Source of the DNA: Candidatus Krumholzibacteriota bacterium
Lineage (GTDB): Bacteria > Krumholzibacteriota > Krumholzibacteriia > JAJRXK01
NCBI GenBank assembly: GCA_963764625.1
Contig: CAVXTH010000005.1
Location: 160,001 to 224,000, forward strand
Reading direction: 5' to 3'
Length of the DNA: 64,000 nucleotides
Shown here in pieces: positions 19,609-32,671 of this stretch. Numbering within the stretch: the first letter of the stretch is position 1; each line of letters begins with the position of its first letter. The notes under the pieces are model-generated. The model ran no database searches, was not told the origin of the DNA, and worked only from the letters and a program-made list of their open reading frames with translations. A program made the position numbers and the translations under genes.

Positions 19609-20298
19609 CTATTCCTCTGCCTGTTCGGAGCTGACCGGTGCCTCCGCCGACTTCGCTTTCGCGGGGCCTCCCCCGCGCAAACCGTAAATCTCCGGTACGC
19701 TCAAACCGCGTTTGGCCGCCATCCGCTCCGCGGTGCGAAGCTCACTGATTCCGACCATGGTGGCCCGCACCACGTTGTGCGGGTTGTTGCTGCCGAGCTG
19801 CTTGGTGAGAATGTCGACCACCCCCGCCACGCTCAGGATCGCGCGAACTCCTCCCGCCGCGATCACTCCCGTACCGGGGGCCGCGGGTTTGAGCATGACC
19901 CGGCCCGCGCCGAAACGGCCGATGACCCGATGGGGGATGGTTCCGCCGATCATGGGAATCTTCACCTGGTTCCGCTTCGCGTTCTCGCTGGCCTTCCGGA
20001 TGGCGTCGGCGATTTCGTTGGCCTTTCCCAGACCCACTCCCACCGAGCCCTTTCCGTCGCCGACCGCGACGATGGCATTGAAGCTGAAACGACGACCACC
20101 CTTGACCACTTTGGCCACGCGGTTGATGTGAATCACCTGCTCGAGCAAATCACTGGTCTTCTCGCCGCGGTTCTGCGTTCCGCGACCTCCGGGCCCGCGG
20201 CCGCCGCCGGGTCCACGACCACCGGGACCGCCTCCTCCGGGGCCACCGCGCCGTTGAGGTCCTCCAGGACCGCTCGGCCCTCTGCTGGGTCCAGCCAC
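19609..20298 (-). CDS. rpsE: 30S ribosomal protein S5 with Gly/Pro/Arg-rich N-terminal extension
   Basis: [16 protein letters not shown] and [12 protein letters not shown] motifs. Confidence 0.97.
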   Translation of the reverse strand: MAGPSRGPSGPGGPQRRGGPGGGGPGGRGPGGGRGPGGRGTQNRGEKTSDLLEQVIHINRVAKVVKGGRRFSFNAIVAVGDGKGSVGVGLGKANEIADAIRKASENAKRNQVKIPMIGGTIPHRVIGRFGAGRVMLKPAAPGTGVIAAGGVRAILSVAGVVDILTKQLGSNNPHNVVRATMVGISELRTAERMAAKRGLSVPEIYGLRGGGPAKAKSAEAPVSSEQAEE

Positions 20299-20308
20299 GT
20301 GTGTCCTC

Positions 20309-20683
20309 CTAGAACTTGAGACCGCCCTCGCGGGCGCCCTTCGCCAGGGCCGCTACGCGGCCGTGGAACTTGAAACCGCCACGATCGAAGACAACGTTCG
20401 TGACACCTTTATCGTTCGCCCGCTTCGCCAGTTCAATGCCGACGGAGCGCGCGGTCGCGCACTTCTGGCCTTCACCCTTCTCCGGCTTGGGTGCTTTCAA
20501 CTTGATCGAGCTGGCTGCGGCCAAGGTCGTACCGGACTCGTCGTCGACGATCTGGGCAAAGATATGCCGATGACCCCGGAACACGGACAGCCGCGGGCAC
20601 TGCGCGTTCCCCGAAACTTTCTTGCGCACCCGTTGCTTACGACGGATGCGAGCGTCTCGCTTGCCCTTTGCATTCTCCTTCAT
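20309..20683 (-). CDS. rplR: 50S ribosomal protein L18
   Basis: PRLSVFR and [25 protein letters not shown] motifs. Confidence 0.97.
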   Translation of the reverse strand: MKENAKGKRDARIRRKQRVRKKVSGNAQCPRLSVFRGHRHIFAQIVDDESGTTLAAASSIKLKAPKPEKGEGQKCATARSVGIELAKRANDKGVTNVVFDRGGFKFHGRVAALAKGAREGGLKF

Positions 20684-20712
20684 GACGCCTCTATCTCCTG
20701 GATCCTGCTTGC

Positions 20713-21255
20713 TTAGGACTTGGCGGCGACCTTACCGGCCTTGCGCCGAATCTTCTCGTCGCGATACCGAACTCCCTTGCCCTTGTAGGGTTCGGGGGGA
20801 CGGAATTCGCGGATCTCGGCCGCTACCTGGCCTACCTTCTGTTTGTCGATTCCCGACACCACGATGTGGGTGGGGTCGGGAGTCTGAATGTCGATTCCTT
20901 CGGGAAGCACGTAGTCGATGGGATGCGAATGTCCGAGTTGGAGATTCAGCACCTTACCCTTCGCTTCGGCTTTGTATCCCACTCCCACGATGTCGAGGGC
21001 CTTTCTGAACCCTTCCGTCACTCCTTGCACCTGATTGGCGACGAGTGACCGAACCAGTCCGTGCCGCGCGCGCATGTGCGGCGCGTCCGAAGTTCTCGAG
21101 CATTGAATGGCGTCGCCTTCGATCTTGACCTCGATCCCCTCAGGAAGATGCTGACGCAACTCACCCTTGGGACCCTTCACGATCGAAACTCCGTCTTCGA
21201 TGCGTAGCTCCACTCCGCTGGGAATGGGAATGGGCTTCAGTCCTACGCGCGACAT
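20713..21255 (-). CDS. rplF: 50S ribosomal protein L6
   Basis: MSRVGLKPI and [11 protein letters not shown] motifs; GGAGG RBS before ATG 21255. Confidence 0.97.
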   Translation of the reverse strand: MSRVGLKPIPIPSGVELRIEDGVSIVKGPKGELRQHLPEGIEVKIEGDAIQCSRTSDAPHMRARHGLVRSLVANQVQGVTEGFRKALDIVGVGYKAEAKGKVLNLQLGHSHPIDYVLPEGIDIQTPDPTHIVVSGIDKQKVGQVAAEIREFRPPEPYKGKGVRYRDEKIRRKAGKVAAKS

Positions 21256-21316
21256 GTTTCCTCCTGCCATCCCGTCATCGGGGATGCGAATCTCCGTGAG
21301 CACCGACTCGCGCTCA

Positions 21317-21712
21317 CTACCAAACCTTGCAGAGAACCTCTCCACCCACACCCATCATCCGTGCCTCGTGACCGGTGAGGATTCCCCGGGACGTCGAGAG
21401 AATCGAGGTGCCGTAGCCGCCGAGAACCTTGGGGATCTCGTTCTTGGCCGCGTAGATACGCAGCCCCGGCCGGCTCACTCGCTGAATTCCCTCGATGACC
21501 GGGTCTTTGTCCTCGGTGTACTTGATGTAGATCCTGATCACGCCCTGCGGACCTTCATCGATGAATTTCACGCTTCGCACATAGCCTTCGCGAAGCAAAA
21601 GTTCGGCAATCGCCTTCTTCACCCGCGAAGCCGGAACGTCGACGCGACGGAACCTGGCCTTCTGGGCGTTGCGAATCCGAGTTAGCATATCCGCGATGGG
21701 ATCGGTCATCAT
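21317..21712 (-). CDS. rpsH: 30S ribosomal protein S8
   Basis: MTDPIADMLTRIRNA, SRPGLRIY and GGEVLCKVW motifs. Confidence 0.97.
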   Translation of the reverse strand: MMTDPIADMLTRIRNAQKARFRRVDVPASRVKKAIAELLLREGYVRSVKFIDEGPQGVIRIYIKYTEDKDPVIEGIQRVSRPGLRIYAAKNEIPKVLGGYGTSILSTSRGILTGHEARMMGVGGEVLCKVW

Positions 21713-21729
21713 CGTGTGTTGCCTCTCTT

Positions 21730-21915
21730 TTACCAGCTCGACTTGACCACGCCGGGAATGTCGCCCTTCAGCGCCAGCTCCCGGAAGCAGATCCTGCACA
21801 TACCAAATTTACGGAGGTAGGCGCGAGGCCTTCCGCACCGACGGCAGCGGTTATAAGCCCGTACTCCGTACTTGGCCTTCCGCCGGGATTTGACGATGAG
21901 ACACTTCTTAGCCAC
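21730..21915 (-). CDS. rpsN: 30S ribosomal protein S14, Zn-binding type Z
   Basis: [10 protein letters not shown]...[10 protein letters not shown]; 61 aa. Confidence 0.97.
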   Translation of the reverse strand: MAKKCLIVKSRRKAKYGVRAYNRCRRCGRPRAYLRKFGMCRICFRELALKGDIPGVVKSSW

Positions 21916-21939
21916 GTTCGCGTCCTCGCTTCCTGATAC

Positions 21940-22476
21940 CTAACGGCGGAACGGCATACCGAAGAGGCTCAGGAGTTCCCTGCCCTCTTCGTCCGTCTTC
22001 GCAGTGGTCACCACGGTTACGTTCATGCCCCGAGCCTTGTCGACCTTGTCGAAGTCGATCTCGGGAAAGATGTACTGCTCTTTGATTCCCAAGCTGTAGT
22101 CGCCATGGCCGCTCAACTTGGGAGATATGCCCCGGAAGTCGCGAACGCGCGGCAAAGCCACGTCCACCAGACGGCCCAGGAACTCGTACATGCGGTCTCC
22201 GCGCAGCGTCGCGCGGCAGCCGATGGCCATTCCGGCGCGCAACTTGAAATTCGCGACCGATTTCTTCGCGCGCGTGATCTGGGGCTTCTGTCCCGTGATC
22301 GCCTGCAGATCGGCCGTCGCGGATTCGAGAAGATTCGGGTTCGCGATCGACTCACCCACTCCCATGTTCACCACGATCTTGGTGATCCGGGGGGCCTCCA
22401 TCACGTTCCCGTAAGAAAACTTCTCCATCATGCCCGGCGCGACTTCGCTTCGGTATTTGTCTTTCATTCTTGCCAT
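21940..22476 (-). CDS. rplE: 50S ribosomal protein L5
   Basis: [15 protein letters not shown] and [10 protein letters not shown] motifs. Confidence 0.97.
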   Translation of the reverse strand: MARMKDKYRSEVAPGMMEKFSYGNVMEAPRITKIVVNMGVGESIANPNLLESATADLQAITGQKPQITRAKKSVANFKLRAGMAIGCRATLRGDRMYEFLGRLVDVALPRVRDFRGISPKLSGHGDYSLGIKEQYIFPEIDFDKVDKARGMNVTVVTTAKTDEEGRELLSLFGMPFRR

Positions 22477-22539
22477 TACCAAACTCGCCTTTCTCCCTCT
22501 TCACGGACCATAGGGCCCGAGGCCTGGGAGCGGGGATCG

Positions 22540-22794
22540 CTATTCGCCCCCACTATCTGCCGGTCGCCCCTTGTCGATCACCTTCACGTTGCTGAGGTGG
22601 ATCGCGGCTTCCGCTTCGACGATTCCTCCGGTGGCCTGGCCCTGAATCTCGCGACGATGGCGTTTCACCAACTGGACCTTCTCGACCACCACTCGATTCT
22701 TTCCGCGCAAGACCTTGAGCACCTTTCCCCGGATTCCCTTGTGGTCTCCAGAGATGACCTCAACGATGTCGTTGCGCGCGATTCTCTTGGACAT
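22540..22794 (-). CDS. rplX: 50S ribosomal protein L24 (short, 84 aa)
   Basis: KOW motif [15 protein letters not shown]; [15 protein letters not shown]; lies between rplN and rplE. Confidence 0.93.
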   Translation of the reverse strand: MSKRIARNDIVEVISGDHKGIRGKVLKVLRGKNRVVVEKVQLVKRHRREIQGQATGGIVEAEAAIHLSNVKVIDKGRPADSGGE

Positions 22795-22803
22795 TGCGTT
22801 CTC

Positions 22804-23172
22804 CTAAACCACTTCGGGCGCCAGCGAAACGATCTTCATGAAGCGTTTCTCGCGAAGTTCACGAGCCACCGGTCCGAAGATACGAGTCCCGACGGGCTCG
22901 CGATCGTCATTCACGATGACGGCCGCGTTGTCGCCGAAACGGATGAGGCTGCCATCACGACGTCCACGCTCCTTGCGCGTGCGAACGATGACGCCTTTCA
23001 CGACCTGACCTTTCTTGACCGTGCCCCCGGGAATGGCCGATTTCACGGCTAGCACCACGATGTCTCCGACGTAGGCGTACCGCCGGCCGCTGCCCCCGAG
23101 GATCCGGATACACTTGGCGGTCTTGGCGCCGGAGTTATCCGCGATCGTAAGTAATGTCTCTTCCTGAATCAT
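22804..23172 (-). CDS. rplN: 50S ribosomal protein L14
   Basis: MIQEET...ADNSGAK and [12 protein letters not shown] motifs. Confidence 0.98.
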   Translation of the reverse strand: MIQEETLLTIADNSGAKTAKCIRILGGSGRRYAYVGDIVVLAVKSAIPGGTVKKGQVVKGVIVRTRKERGRRDGSLIRFGDNAAVIVNDDREPVGTRIFGPVARELREKRFMKIVSLAPEVV

Positions 23173-23195
23173 GACTGGGCTCTCCGTCCCGGGGT

Positions 23196-23477
23196 TTACT
23201 TCGCGCGCTCGATGACCTCGACGAGGCGCCAACACTTGTTCTTGCTCAGAGGCCTAGTCGCCATGACCTTCACCGTATCGCCTTCGCGAGCCTCGTTCTT
23301 TTCGTCGTGAGCGAAAAGCTTGGAGGATCGCTTGATAAAGCGAGAATACACGGGGTGCCGCACTCTGCGCGTTACCAGAACGACGAGCGTCTTGTCCATC
23401 TTCGCGCTCACGACCTGCCCCAGCCGGACGGCCCGTTGCGCGCGATCGCTACTCGAATTCGCCATCTGCTCTGCCAT
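23196..23477 (-). CDS. rpsQ: 30S ribosomal protein S17
   Basis: [17 protein letters not shown] and RPLSK motifs. Confidence 0.97.
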   Translation of the reverse strand: MAEQMANSSSDRAQRAVRLGQVVSAKMDKTLVVLVTRRVRHPVYSRFIKRSSKLFAHDEKNEAREGDTVKVMATRPLSKNKCWRLVEVIERAK

Positions 23478-23482
23478 GAGTT

Positions 23483-23695
23483 CTACGCCTCGTTTTTCTC
23501 GGCTTCACGCCGCTTTTCATTCAGCACGGTTTTTAAGCGAGCCAGCTCGCGACGCGCGATACGATAGCTCAGTGGGTTGTCCAGTTTCCGGGACTTCAGC
23601 TGCAGACGGAAGTTCATCACCTGTTCGGCTTGCTCCTCGACTCGAGCCAAGAGCTCGTTCGCGCTGAGGTCTCTCAATTCAAAGGCCTTCCTCAT
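23483..23695 (-). CDS. rpmC: 50S ribosomal protein L29
   Basis: [11 protein letters not shown]...NFRLQ...LDNP...RRELARLKT. Confidence 0.94.
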   Translation of the reverse strand: MRKAFELRDLSANELLARVEEQAEQVMNFRLQLKSRKLDNPLSYRIARRELARLKTVLNEKRREAEKNEA

Positions 23696-24108
23696 CAGTC
23701 TTCCTCCCGAACGACGAACCTGGTCTTGATCGGAAGCTTGTGCATCCCGCGCTCCATCGCCTCGTGCGCGAGCTTCTCGTCGATGCCACCGAGTTCGAAG
23801 AGGATCCGGCCCGGCTTGACTACCGACACCCAATACTCCGGAGAACCCTTGCCCTTACCCATGCGGGTTTCGGCCGGCTTGATCGTGATGGGTTTGTCCG
23901 GAAAAATCCGAATCCAGAGCTTTCCCGAACGCTTTACATGACGCGTGATCGCGACGCGCGCCGCTTCGATCTGACGACTCTTGATCCAACCGGGTTCGAC
24001 CGCCTGGATTGCAAAGCGTCCGAAGGAGATTTCGGAACCACGCTGAGCCATTCCGCGCATTCTCCCCTTCTGAACTTTCCGTCGCCTGACGCGCTTAGGC
24101 ATCAACAT
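23695..24108 (-). CDS. rplP: 50S ribosomal protein L16
   Basis: MLMPKR, QIEAAR and ETRMGKGKG motifs. Confidence 0.98.
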   Translation of the reverse strand: MLMPKRVRRRKVQKGRMRGMAQRGSEISFGRFAIQAVEPGWIKSRQIEAARVAITRHVKRSGKLWIRIFPDKPITIKPAETRMGKGKGSPEYWVSVVKPGRILFELGGIDEKLAHEAMERGMHKLPIKTRFVVREED

Positions 24109-24110
24109 GG

Positions 24111-24782
24111 CTAGCTCGCCTCCTGAACCTCGTTGGCCAGCTGCTTCTTGAAGTCAGCCGGGAAGATTTCACCGTTGCAGATCCAGACTTTCACTCCGAT
24201 CGCACCGTAGGTGGTGCGAGCCGTCGCGGTGCCGTAGTCGATGTCGGCGCGAAGCGTGTGCAAAGGCACGCTGCCATCCTTGTAGTTCTCCACCCGACCC
24301 ATCTCCGAACCACCCAGACGACCACCGCAGCGGATCTTGATTCCCTTGGCGCCCATGCGCATCGAGGTCGCAATCGCCTTTTTCATCGCGCGCCGGAAGC
24401 TCACGCGCTGCGTGAGTTGATGTGCAATGTGCTCGGCGACCAGCACCGAACAGAGTTCCGGCTTCTTCACTTCCTTCACGTCGAGCGTGATCGATTTTCC
24501 AGTCAGCTTCTGCATCTTCGTACGCAGCTCATCCACCGTCTTGCCCTTGCGGCCGATGACCACGCCGGGCCGGGAGGTACGAAGAGTCACCGTCACCTTG
24601 TGGGGCTCGCGCTGAATCTTGATTTTGGCGATACCCGCGTTCCCCACGGTCGATTCGATGAGCTTGCGAATCTTGACATCCTCTTCGAGCCAGTCCGCGT
24701 AGTTCTTCGTCGCGAACCACTTCGAGTTCCAATCCCCGATGATGCCGAGACGAAACCCGGTAGGATGTGTCTTCTGACCCAT
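24111..24782 (-). CDS. rpsC: 30S ribosomal protein S3
   Basis: [23 protein letters not shown] and [12 protein letters not shown] motifs. Confidence 0.98.
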   Translation of the reverse strand: MGQKTHPTGFRLGIIGDWNSKWFATKNYADWLEEDVKIRKLIESTVGNAGIAKIKIQREPHKVTVTLRTSRPGVVIGRKGKTVDELRTKMQKLTGKSITLDVKEVKKPELCSVLVAEHIAHQLTQRVSFRRAMKKAIATSMRMGAKGIKIRCGGRLGGSEMGRVENYKDGSVPLHTLRADIDYGTATARTTYGAIGVKVWICNGEIFPADFKKQLANEVQEAS

Positions 24783-24800
24783 TCGACAACCTGCTTTCTT

Positions 24801-25157
24801 CTACGCCTTTTTGTCCGCGGCGCTCACGATGACCGAAATGTGGCTGGTCCGCTTCCGAATCCGGAATGCGCGGCCCTGGGCCCGTGGACGAATTCTCTTC
24901 TGGGTAGGACCCTCATCAACCCTGATTTCCCTGATGACGAAATCCTCGTCGCTCGTGGTGACCGTTTCGTCCGCGGCAACCCTGGCATTCGCCACCGCCG
25001 CCAGAATGGTCTTCTGAATCATGGGCGCGGCTTTCTTCGGCGTGAGCGAGAGCAGATGAACTGCCTCCTCCACGCCTTTCCCCCGCACGAGATCGGCCAC
25101 CAAACGGGCTTTACGCGCGGAGATCGAATTGAAGCGGGATACCGCCCTGGCCTCCAT
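24801..25157 (-). CDS. rplV: 50S ribosomal protein L22
   Basis: SARKARLVADLVRG and RPRAQGRA..IRKRTSHI motifs. Confidence 0.97.
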   Translation of the reverse strand: MEARAVSRFNSISARKARLVADLVRGKGVEEAVHLLSLTPKKAAPMIQKTILAAVANARVAADETVTTSDEDFVIREIRVDEGPTQKRIRPRAQGRAFRIRKRTSHISVIVSAADKKA

Positions 25158-25171
25158 GGCTCTTCCTCCTG

Positions 25172-25441
25172 CTACTTCTTGCCCTTGCTGGTGTGTCCGC
25201 GGTAGATCCTCGAGGGAGCGAATTCTCCGAGCTTGTGACCCACCATGTTCTCCTGGATGTAGACCGGGACGAACTGCTTGCCGTTGTGGACCGCGATGGT
25301 GTGTCCGAGAAATTCCGGAACCACCATGCTTCCCCGCGCCCAGGTCCTGATGACCTTCTTCTCACCCTTGGAATTGAGGGCCTCGATCTTCTTGAGAAGA
25401 GAATCCTCGATCCAGGGGCCTTTTTTGATCGATCTCGGCAT
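25172..25441 (-). CDS. rpsS: 30S ribosomal protein S19
   Basis: MPRSIKKGP and MVGHKLGEF motifs. Confidence 0.98.
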   Translation of the reverse strand: MPRSIKKGPWIEDSLLKKIEALNSKGEKKVIRTWARGSMVVPEFLGHTIAVHNGKQFVPVYIQENMVGHKLGEFAPSRIYRGHTSKGKK

Positions 25442-25456
25442 CTGCGGCTCTCCTGA

Positions 25457-26284
25457 CTACTTGACTTTGCGACGACGGACGATGAAACGGTCCGAGGGCT
25501 GACGGCTGCGGGTCTTCTTTCCCTTCGCCGGCTGACCCCAGGGGGAGCAGGGATGTCTTCCACCCGAACTCTTGCCTTCGCCACCGCCCATGGGATGGTC
25601 GACTGGATTCATCGCGACCCCGCGAACATGGGGACGCTTCCCCAGCCAACGGCTCTTCCCCGCCTTGCCCACGACGACGTTTTCATGGTCCGAATTTCCG
25701 ACCTCGCCGATGGTGGCGTAGCAGCTCCGGTGCACCATGCGAACTTCGTTGCTGGGCAAACGGAGCGTGATCAAGGAACCCTCCTTGGCCATCACCTGAG
25801 CGTAGCTACCCGCGCTGCGCGCGATCTGTCCGCCGCGACCCGGCTTGAGCTCGATGTTGTGCACGAGCGTGCCCAGCGGAATGCGCCACAGGGGCATCGC
25901 GTTTCCCACACTGAATGGAGCATTCTCACCCGCGAGCAGGGTCATCCCCACCTCGAGGCCCTTCGGCATCACGATGTACCGCTTCTCCCCATCCACGTAG
26001 TGCAGAAGCGCGATGCGGGCGCTGCGATTCGGGTCGTACTCGATCGTCGCGACTTTAGCTTCGATGTTGAGCTTGTTTCGCTTGAAATCGATGATCCGAT
26101 AGCGCCGCTTGTGCCCTCCACCGCGATGGCGCGAGGTAATGCGACCCCGATTGTTCCGCCCGCCCGACTTCTTCAGAGGCGCGAGCAGAGACTTTTCAGG
26201 CTTGCTTGTCGTAATCTCGGCAAAGTCCGACACCGTCCGGTAACGGAGTGTCGGGGTCACCGGTTTGAATTTCTTGATCCCCAT
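25457..26284 (-). CDS. rplB: 50S ribosomal protein L2
   Basis: [12 protein letters not shown] and [17 protein letters not shown] motifs. Confidence 0.98.
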   Translation of the reverse strand: MGIKKFKPVTPTLRYRTVSDFAEITTSKPEKSLLAPLKKSGGRNNRGRITSRHRGGGHKRRYRIIDFKRNKLNIEAKVATIEYDPNRSARIALLHYVDGEKRYIVMPKGLEVGMTLLAGENAPFSVGNAMPLWRIPLGTLVHNIELKPGRGGQIARSAGSYAQVMAKEGSLITLRLPSNEVRMVHRSCYATIGEVGNSDHENVVVGKAGKSRWLGKRPHVRGVAMNPVDHPMGGGEGKSSGGRHPCSPWGQPAKGKKTRSRQPSDRFIVRRRKVK

Positions 26285-26315
26285 GGGATTCTTTCTCCCC
26301 CTTGATCAGCCCGCG

Positions 26316-26606
26316 CTAAACCAGGTCGAAGAGATCGATTTTGTCATCGGTCCGCAGCGTCACGATCGCCTTCTTCCAGTCGGGACGGTGTCCCGCAAAG
26401 CGACCCATTCGCTTGGGCTTGCCGTGCATCCGCATGGTCCGCACGTCGAGCACCTTCACACCGAAGAACTTCTCCACCGCTTGATGGACTTCGTGCTTGT
26501 TGGCCGCGAGCGCGACCTCGAAAACGTACTTGTTGGTCTGCTCGCTGATGTCCGTCGTCTTCTCGGTGACCACCGGACGAATGAGCACCTGACTCAGATC
26601 CTTCAT
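26316..26606 (-). CDS. rplW: 50S ribosomal protein L23
   Basis: PVVTEKT, ANKHEV..AVE and WKKAIVTL motifs. Confidence 0.96.
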   Translation of the reverse strand: MKDLSQVLIRPVVTEKTTDISEQTNKYVFEVALAANKHEVHQAVEKFFGVKVLDVRTMRMHGKPKRMGRFAGHRPDWKKAIVTLRTDDKIDLFDLV

Positions 26607-27232
26607 GACCCGAACACCTCCCCCACGCGCGCGAGCGCCTCTTCGGTCAGAACGAGGCATTCGCTGCGAAGAACGCGATAGGCGTTGAGCTGGTCCGCCG
26701 GCATCACGTCGACGTGCTCGAGGTTTCGCACCGAGCGGTAGAAGGTGTTGTCCTTGGCCGAAGTGACCACGAGCACAGTGCGGCCGCTCAGACCCATCTT
26801 CGTGAGCATGGCCACGGCCGCCTTGGTCTTCGGAGCATCCAGACTCGGGTTCTCCACCACGTAGACCTCACCGAGACGCGCGCGATCACTCAGCGCCGAG
26901 CGCAAAGCGAGCTGACGGGTCTTGCGATTGAGGTTCGTGCGGAAGTCCCGCGGCTTCGGCCCGAAAACGGTACCTCCGCCCTCTCGCACCGGGGATTTCG
27001 CCGAGCCCGCGCGAGCGCGTCCCGTTCCCTTCTGGCGAAAGAGCTTCGCGGTCGAGAAAGCCACCTCACCGCGTTCCTTGGTCTTGGCCGTGCCCTGCCG
27101 CTGATGCGCCAGATAGCTCTTGACCGTCTCGTAGAGAGCCTGCTCGTGGATTTCGGCGCCAAAGAGCTTTTCGTTGAGCTCGATCGCACTTCCTCCCTCG
27201 CCGCTCTCGTTGAATCGCTTGGCCGTAGCCAT
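26603..27232 (-). CDS. rplD: 50S ribosomal protein L4
   Basis: RQGTAKTK, RQKGTGRARAG and GGGTVFGPKPR motifs. Confidence 0.97.
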   Translation of the reverse strand: MATAKRFNESGEGGSAIELNEKLFGAEIHEQALYETVKSYLAHQRQGTAKTKERGEVAFSTAKLFRQKGTGRARAGSAKSPVREGGGTVFGPKPRDFRTNLNRKTRQLALRSALSDRARLGEVYVVENPSLDAPKTKAAVAMLTKMGLSGRTVLVVTSAKDNTFYRSVRNLEHVDVMPADQLNAYRVLRSECLVLTEEALARVGEVFGS

Positions 27233-27269
27233 GACAGCGTCCTCCGATTCTTACTTCCAGGGCCTGACC

Positions 27270-27890
27270 CTAAATCGCGTTGACCAGAATAAACCCGTTG
27301 CGCGTTCCCGGAACCGCGCCCTTCACGAAGAGAAGGTTGTTCTCTTTGTCGATCCGCACTAGCTCGAGGTTTTTGACCGTGACCCGATCGTTTCCCATGC
27401 GGCCTGGCATCTTCTTCCCGCGAAACACACGGGAGGGAGTGGCGCAAGCGCCGATCGAGCCCGGCACGCGGTGATTGTGGCTACCGTGGGTTTCACGCCC
27501 ACGCTGGAAACCGTAGCGGCGAATTACGCCGGCGAATCCTCGACCCTTGGAGATTCCGGTGACTCTCACTTTGGCAATTCCGTCGAAGAGGTCGACCGTG
27601 ATCTGCTGACCCAGGGCGAAGCCCTCCAGGTCGTCCACCTTGAACTCACGCAGCATCCGCTGCGGGCCGGTGCCGCTCTTGGCCAGATGACCCAGCAGGG
27701 GCTTGGGAGTCCGCTTCTCCTTGCGATCCGCCCCGAAACCCAGCTGCACGGCCTGGTAGCCGTCCTTCTCGGTCGTCTTGATCTGTGTAACCGGACACGG
27801 ACCGCACTCGAGCACGGTGACCGGAATGGAGCGGCCGTCTTCATCGAAGACTCGCGTCATTCCCATCTTCTTTCCGATCAGACCTTTCAT
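27270..27890 (-). CDS. rplC: 50S ribosomal protein L3
   Basis: GKKMGMT, DGYQAVQLG, SKGRGFAG and KKMPGRMG motifs. Confidence 0.97.
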   Translation of the reverse strand: MKGLIGKKMGMTRVFDEDGRSIPVTVLECGPCPVTQIKTTEKDGYQAVQLGFGADRKEKRTPKPLLGHLAKSGTGPQRMLREFKVDDLEGFALGQQITVDLFDGIAKVRVTGISKGRGFAGVIRRYGFQRGRETHGSHNHRVPGSIGACATPSRVFRGKKMPGRMGNDRVTVKNLELVRIDKENNLLFVKGAVPGTRNGFILVNAI

Positions 27891-27934
27891 TCCCGTTCTC
27901 CTCGGTCGAGGCGAAAGCCTCCGTTTGCGCCGTC

Positions 27935-28243
27935 TTAGACTTTCAGCTCAATGTCCACCCCGGCCGGCAGATTCAGCTTCATCAGAGCGTCTACCGTCTG
28001 GTTGGTGGAGTTGACGATGTCGATGAGCCTCTTGTGCACTCTGATCTCGAATTGCTCGCGCGATTTCTTGTCCGCGTGAGGCGAACGCAAAACGGTATAG
28101 ACCGACCGCCGCGTGGGCAAAGGCACCGGACCCTTGATTTCAGCTCCAGTCTTGCGAGCCGTTTCGCAAATGACCTGGGCCGAGCGGTCCAGCGTGGAAG
28201 CCTCGTACGCCTTGAGGCGAATTCGGATCTTCTGACGCGCCAT
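27935..28243 (-). CDS. rpsJ: 30S ribosomal protein S10
   Basis: [16 protein letters not shown] and [15 protein letters not shown] motifs. Confidence 0.98.
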   Translation of the reverse strand: MARQKIRIRLKAYEASTLDRSAQVICETARKTGAEIKGPVPLPTRRSVYTVLRSPHADKKSREQFEIRVHKRLIDIVNSTNQTVDALMKLNLPAGVDIELKV

Positions 28244-28313
28244 CTTTCCTCCTGCCGACGTTCGGAGATTCAAACTCCTTGTCTCGCCCGCGAAGCATTT
28301 GGGCCAAAGGCCC

Positions 28314-29507
28314 TTACTCGATGATTTGAGTGACGACGCCGGCGCCCACGGTGCGGCCGCCTTCGCGAATCGCGAAGCGCAGTCCGTCTTCCATGGCGAT
28401 CGGCGTGATCAAGTTGATGTCCATCGTCACGTTGTCTCCGGGCATTACCATCTCCCGTCCCTCGGGAAGCTCTGCCGTGCCCGTCACGTCCGTCGTCCGA
28501 AAATAGAACTGAGGACGATATCCAGTGAAGAAAGGCGTGTGACGTCCACCCTCTTCCTTCGTCAAAACGTAAACCTCACCCTTGAACTTCGTGTGCGGCG
28601 TCACGCTCCCCGGCTTGCACACCACCATCCCACGCTCCACGTCCTTCTTGTCCGTCCCACGAAGCAACAAACCCACGTTGTCCCCCGCCTGCCCCTCATC
28701 CAAAATCTTGCGGAACATCTCCACCCCGGTGCATACCGTCCGCTGCGTGTCCCGAATGCCCACGATCTCGATCTTGTCACCCGTGTTCACCCGGCCGCGC
28801 TCGATACGGCCCGTCGCCACCGTCCCGCGTCCGGTGATCGAGAAAATATCCTCCACCGGCATCAAAAACGGCTTGTCCAATTCACGCTGGGGTGTCGGCA
28901 CGTAGGTGTCCAACGCCTCCAACAACTCGAAAATGCACTTGCACTCCGGAGAATCGGCATCCGAACTCTCCAAAGCCTTCAACGCGCTCCCCTTGATCAA
29001 CGGAATGTCGTCCCCAGGGAACTCGTACACGCTCAATAACTCGCGTACCTCTAACTCCACCAACTCCAACAACTCCGGATCGTCCACCATGTCCGTCTTG
29101 TTCAAAAACACCACGATGTACGGAACTCCCACCTGGCGAGCCAACAAAATGTGCTCCCGTGTCTGCGGCATCGGACCGTCAGCCGCACTCACCACCAACA
29201 CCGCCCCGTCCATCTGCGCCGCACCCGTGATCATGTTCTTCACGTAGTCAGCGTGACCAGGACAGTCCACGTGGGCGTAATGACGCGTCGCGCTCTGGTA
29301 CTCCACATGCGCCGTCGCAATCGTGATCCCGCGCTCTCGCTCCTCCGGCGCCTTGTCGATCTGATCGAACGGAGTGAAGTCCGCCAATCCCTTGGCAGCC
29401 AAAGTCTTCGTGATCGCAGCCGTCAACGTCGTCTTCCCGTGATCAACGTGACCAATCGTCCCTACGTTCACGTGCTCCTTCGTTCGCTCGAACTTCTGAC
29501 GAGCCAT
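28314..29507 (-). CDS. tuf: Elongation factor Tu (str-operon copy)
   Basis: [24 protein letters not shown] and NKTD motifs; follows fusA. Confidence 0.99.
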   Translation of the reverse strand: MARQKFERTKEHVNVGTIGHVDHGKTTLTAAITKTLAAKGLADFTPFDQIDKAPEERERGITIATAHVEYQSATRHYAHVDCPGHADYVKNMITGAAQMDGAVLVVSAADGPMPQTREHILLARQVGVPYIVVFLNKTDMVDDPELLELVELEVRELLSVYEFPGDDIPLIKGSALKALESSDADSPECKCIFELLEALDTYVPTPQRELDKPFLMPVEDIFSITGRGTVATGRIERGRVNTGDKIEIVGIRDTQRTVCTGVEMFRKILDEGQAGDNVGLLLRGTDKKDVERGMVVCKPGSVTPHTKFKGEVYVLTKEEGGRHTPFFTGYRPQFYFRTTDVTGTAELPEGREMVMPGDNVTMDINLITPIAMEDGLRFAIREGGRTVGAGVVTQIIE

Positions 29508-29570
29508 GACTTTCTACCTTTCCGTTCCCCCGCTTCGACTGCGGGGTCCATTCTGACGGCGCGTCTCCCC

Positions 29571-31649
<2,079 letters not shown>

Positions 31650-31796
31650 GTCCGTACTCCTCATTCGCGCACGGATGAAACCACCCGGTCTCGGGGGTTT
31701 CATTCCACGCACTCGGCGAACCATTCGTTTTGTTCATTCCCACCGGGCTTCAGGCAGCACCGGCATAGAAGCGCTCTGTAGCCGAACGAAAGACCT

Positions 31797-32267
31797 TTAC
31801 CAGCGGCAGTGTGCGAAGGCCCGGTTGGCCTCTGCCATGCGGTGAGTATCCTCGCGCTTCTTGATAGACGGTCCTTCGTTCTTGCTCGCGGCGATCAGCT
31901 CGGAAGCCAGTCGCTCGGGAAAGCTGTGCTCATTGCGATCACGTGAGAATCCAATGATCCAGCGCATTCCGAGCATCATCCGCCGTTCATTCTTGATCTC
32001 GACCGGGACCTGATAGGTGGCCCCTCCGATCCGGCGGCTCTTGACCTCGAGCCCTGGCTGGACGTTCCGAAGAGCGGTACGGAAGACCTCAATGCCTTCC
32101 TGCCCCGTGCGATCGGTCACGATGTCCAGCGATTGATAAAACATTCTCTCGGCCAGGGTACGCTTGCCCCGACGCATGAGATAATTGATGAAGCGGGTTA
32201 CCACGACATCATTGTGCTTGTAGTCCGGAAGCAACTTACGCTTTTCAGCAGCTCGGCGTCGCGCCAT
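31797..32267 (-). CDS. rpsG: 30S ribosomal protein S7
   Basis: EVKSRRIGGATYQVP and HRMAEANRAFAH motifs. Confidence 0.98.
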   Translation of the reverse strand: MARRRAAEKRKLLPDYKHNDVVVTRFINYLMRRGKRTLAERMFYQSLDIVTDRTGQEGIEVFRTALRNVQPGLEVKSRRIGGATYQVPVEIKNERRMMLGMRWIIGFSRDRNEHSFPERLASELIAASKNEGPSIKKREDTHRMAEANRAFAHCRW

Positions 32268-32296
32268 GTTCAGATACTCCTCAACGCTTCGTCCAG

Positions 32297-32671
32297 CTAT
32301 TGCTTGGGACGCTTGACTCCGTACTTGGAACGCCCTTTACGACGGCCGTCGACCCCCGAAGCGTCCAAAGTACCACGTACGATGTGGTAGCGAACGCCGG
32401 GAAGGTCCTTCACGCGGCCTCCGCGGACCAATACGATCGAGTGTTCTTGAAGATTGTGTCCCTCACCTGGAATGTAGGCCGTGACCTCCACTCCGTTGGT
32501 CAAACGAACGCGCGCGATCTTGCGCAGCGCCGAGTTCGGCTTCTTGGGCGTACTGGTATACACGCGCGTGCACACCCCTCGCCTCTGGGGACAACCCTGC
32601 AGGGCAGGAGCTTTGCTCTTGCCAGTTCTCTTCTTGCGACCCTTGCGGATCAGTTGGCTGATGGTCGGCAA
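32297..32671 (-). CDS. rpsL: 30S ribosomal protein S12
   Basis: TTG start giving MPTISQLIR; [10 protein letters not shown] and [12 protein letters not shown] motifs. Confidence 0.98.
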   Translation of the reverse strand: MPTISQLIRKGRKKRTGKSKAPALQGCPQRRGVCTRVYTSTPKKPNSALRKIARVRLTNGVEVTAYIPGEGHNLQEHSIVLVRGGRVKDLPGVRYHIVRGTLDASGVDGRRKGRSKYGVKRPKQ

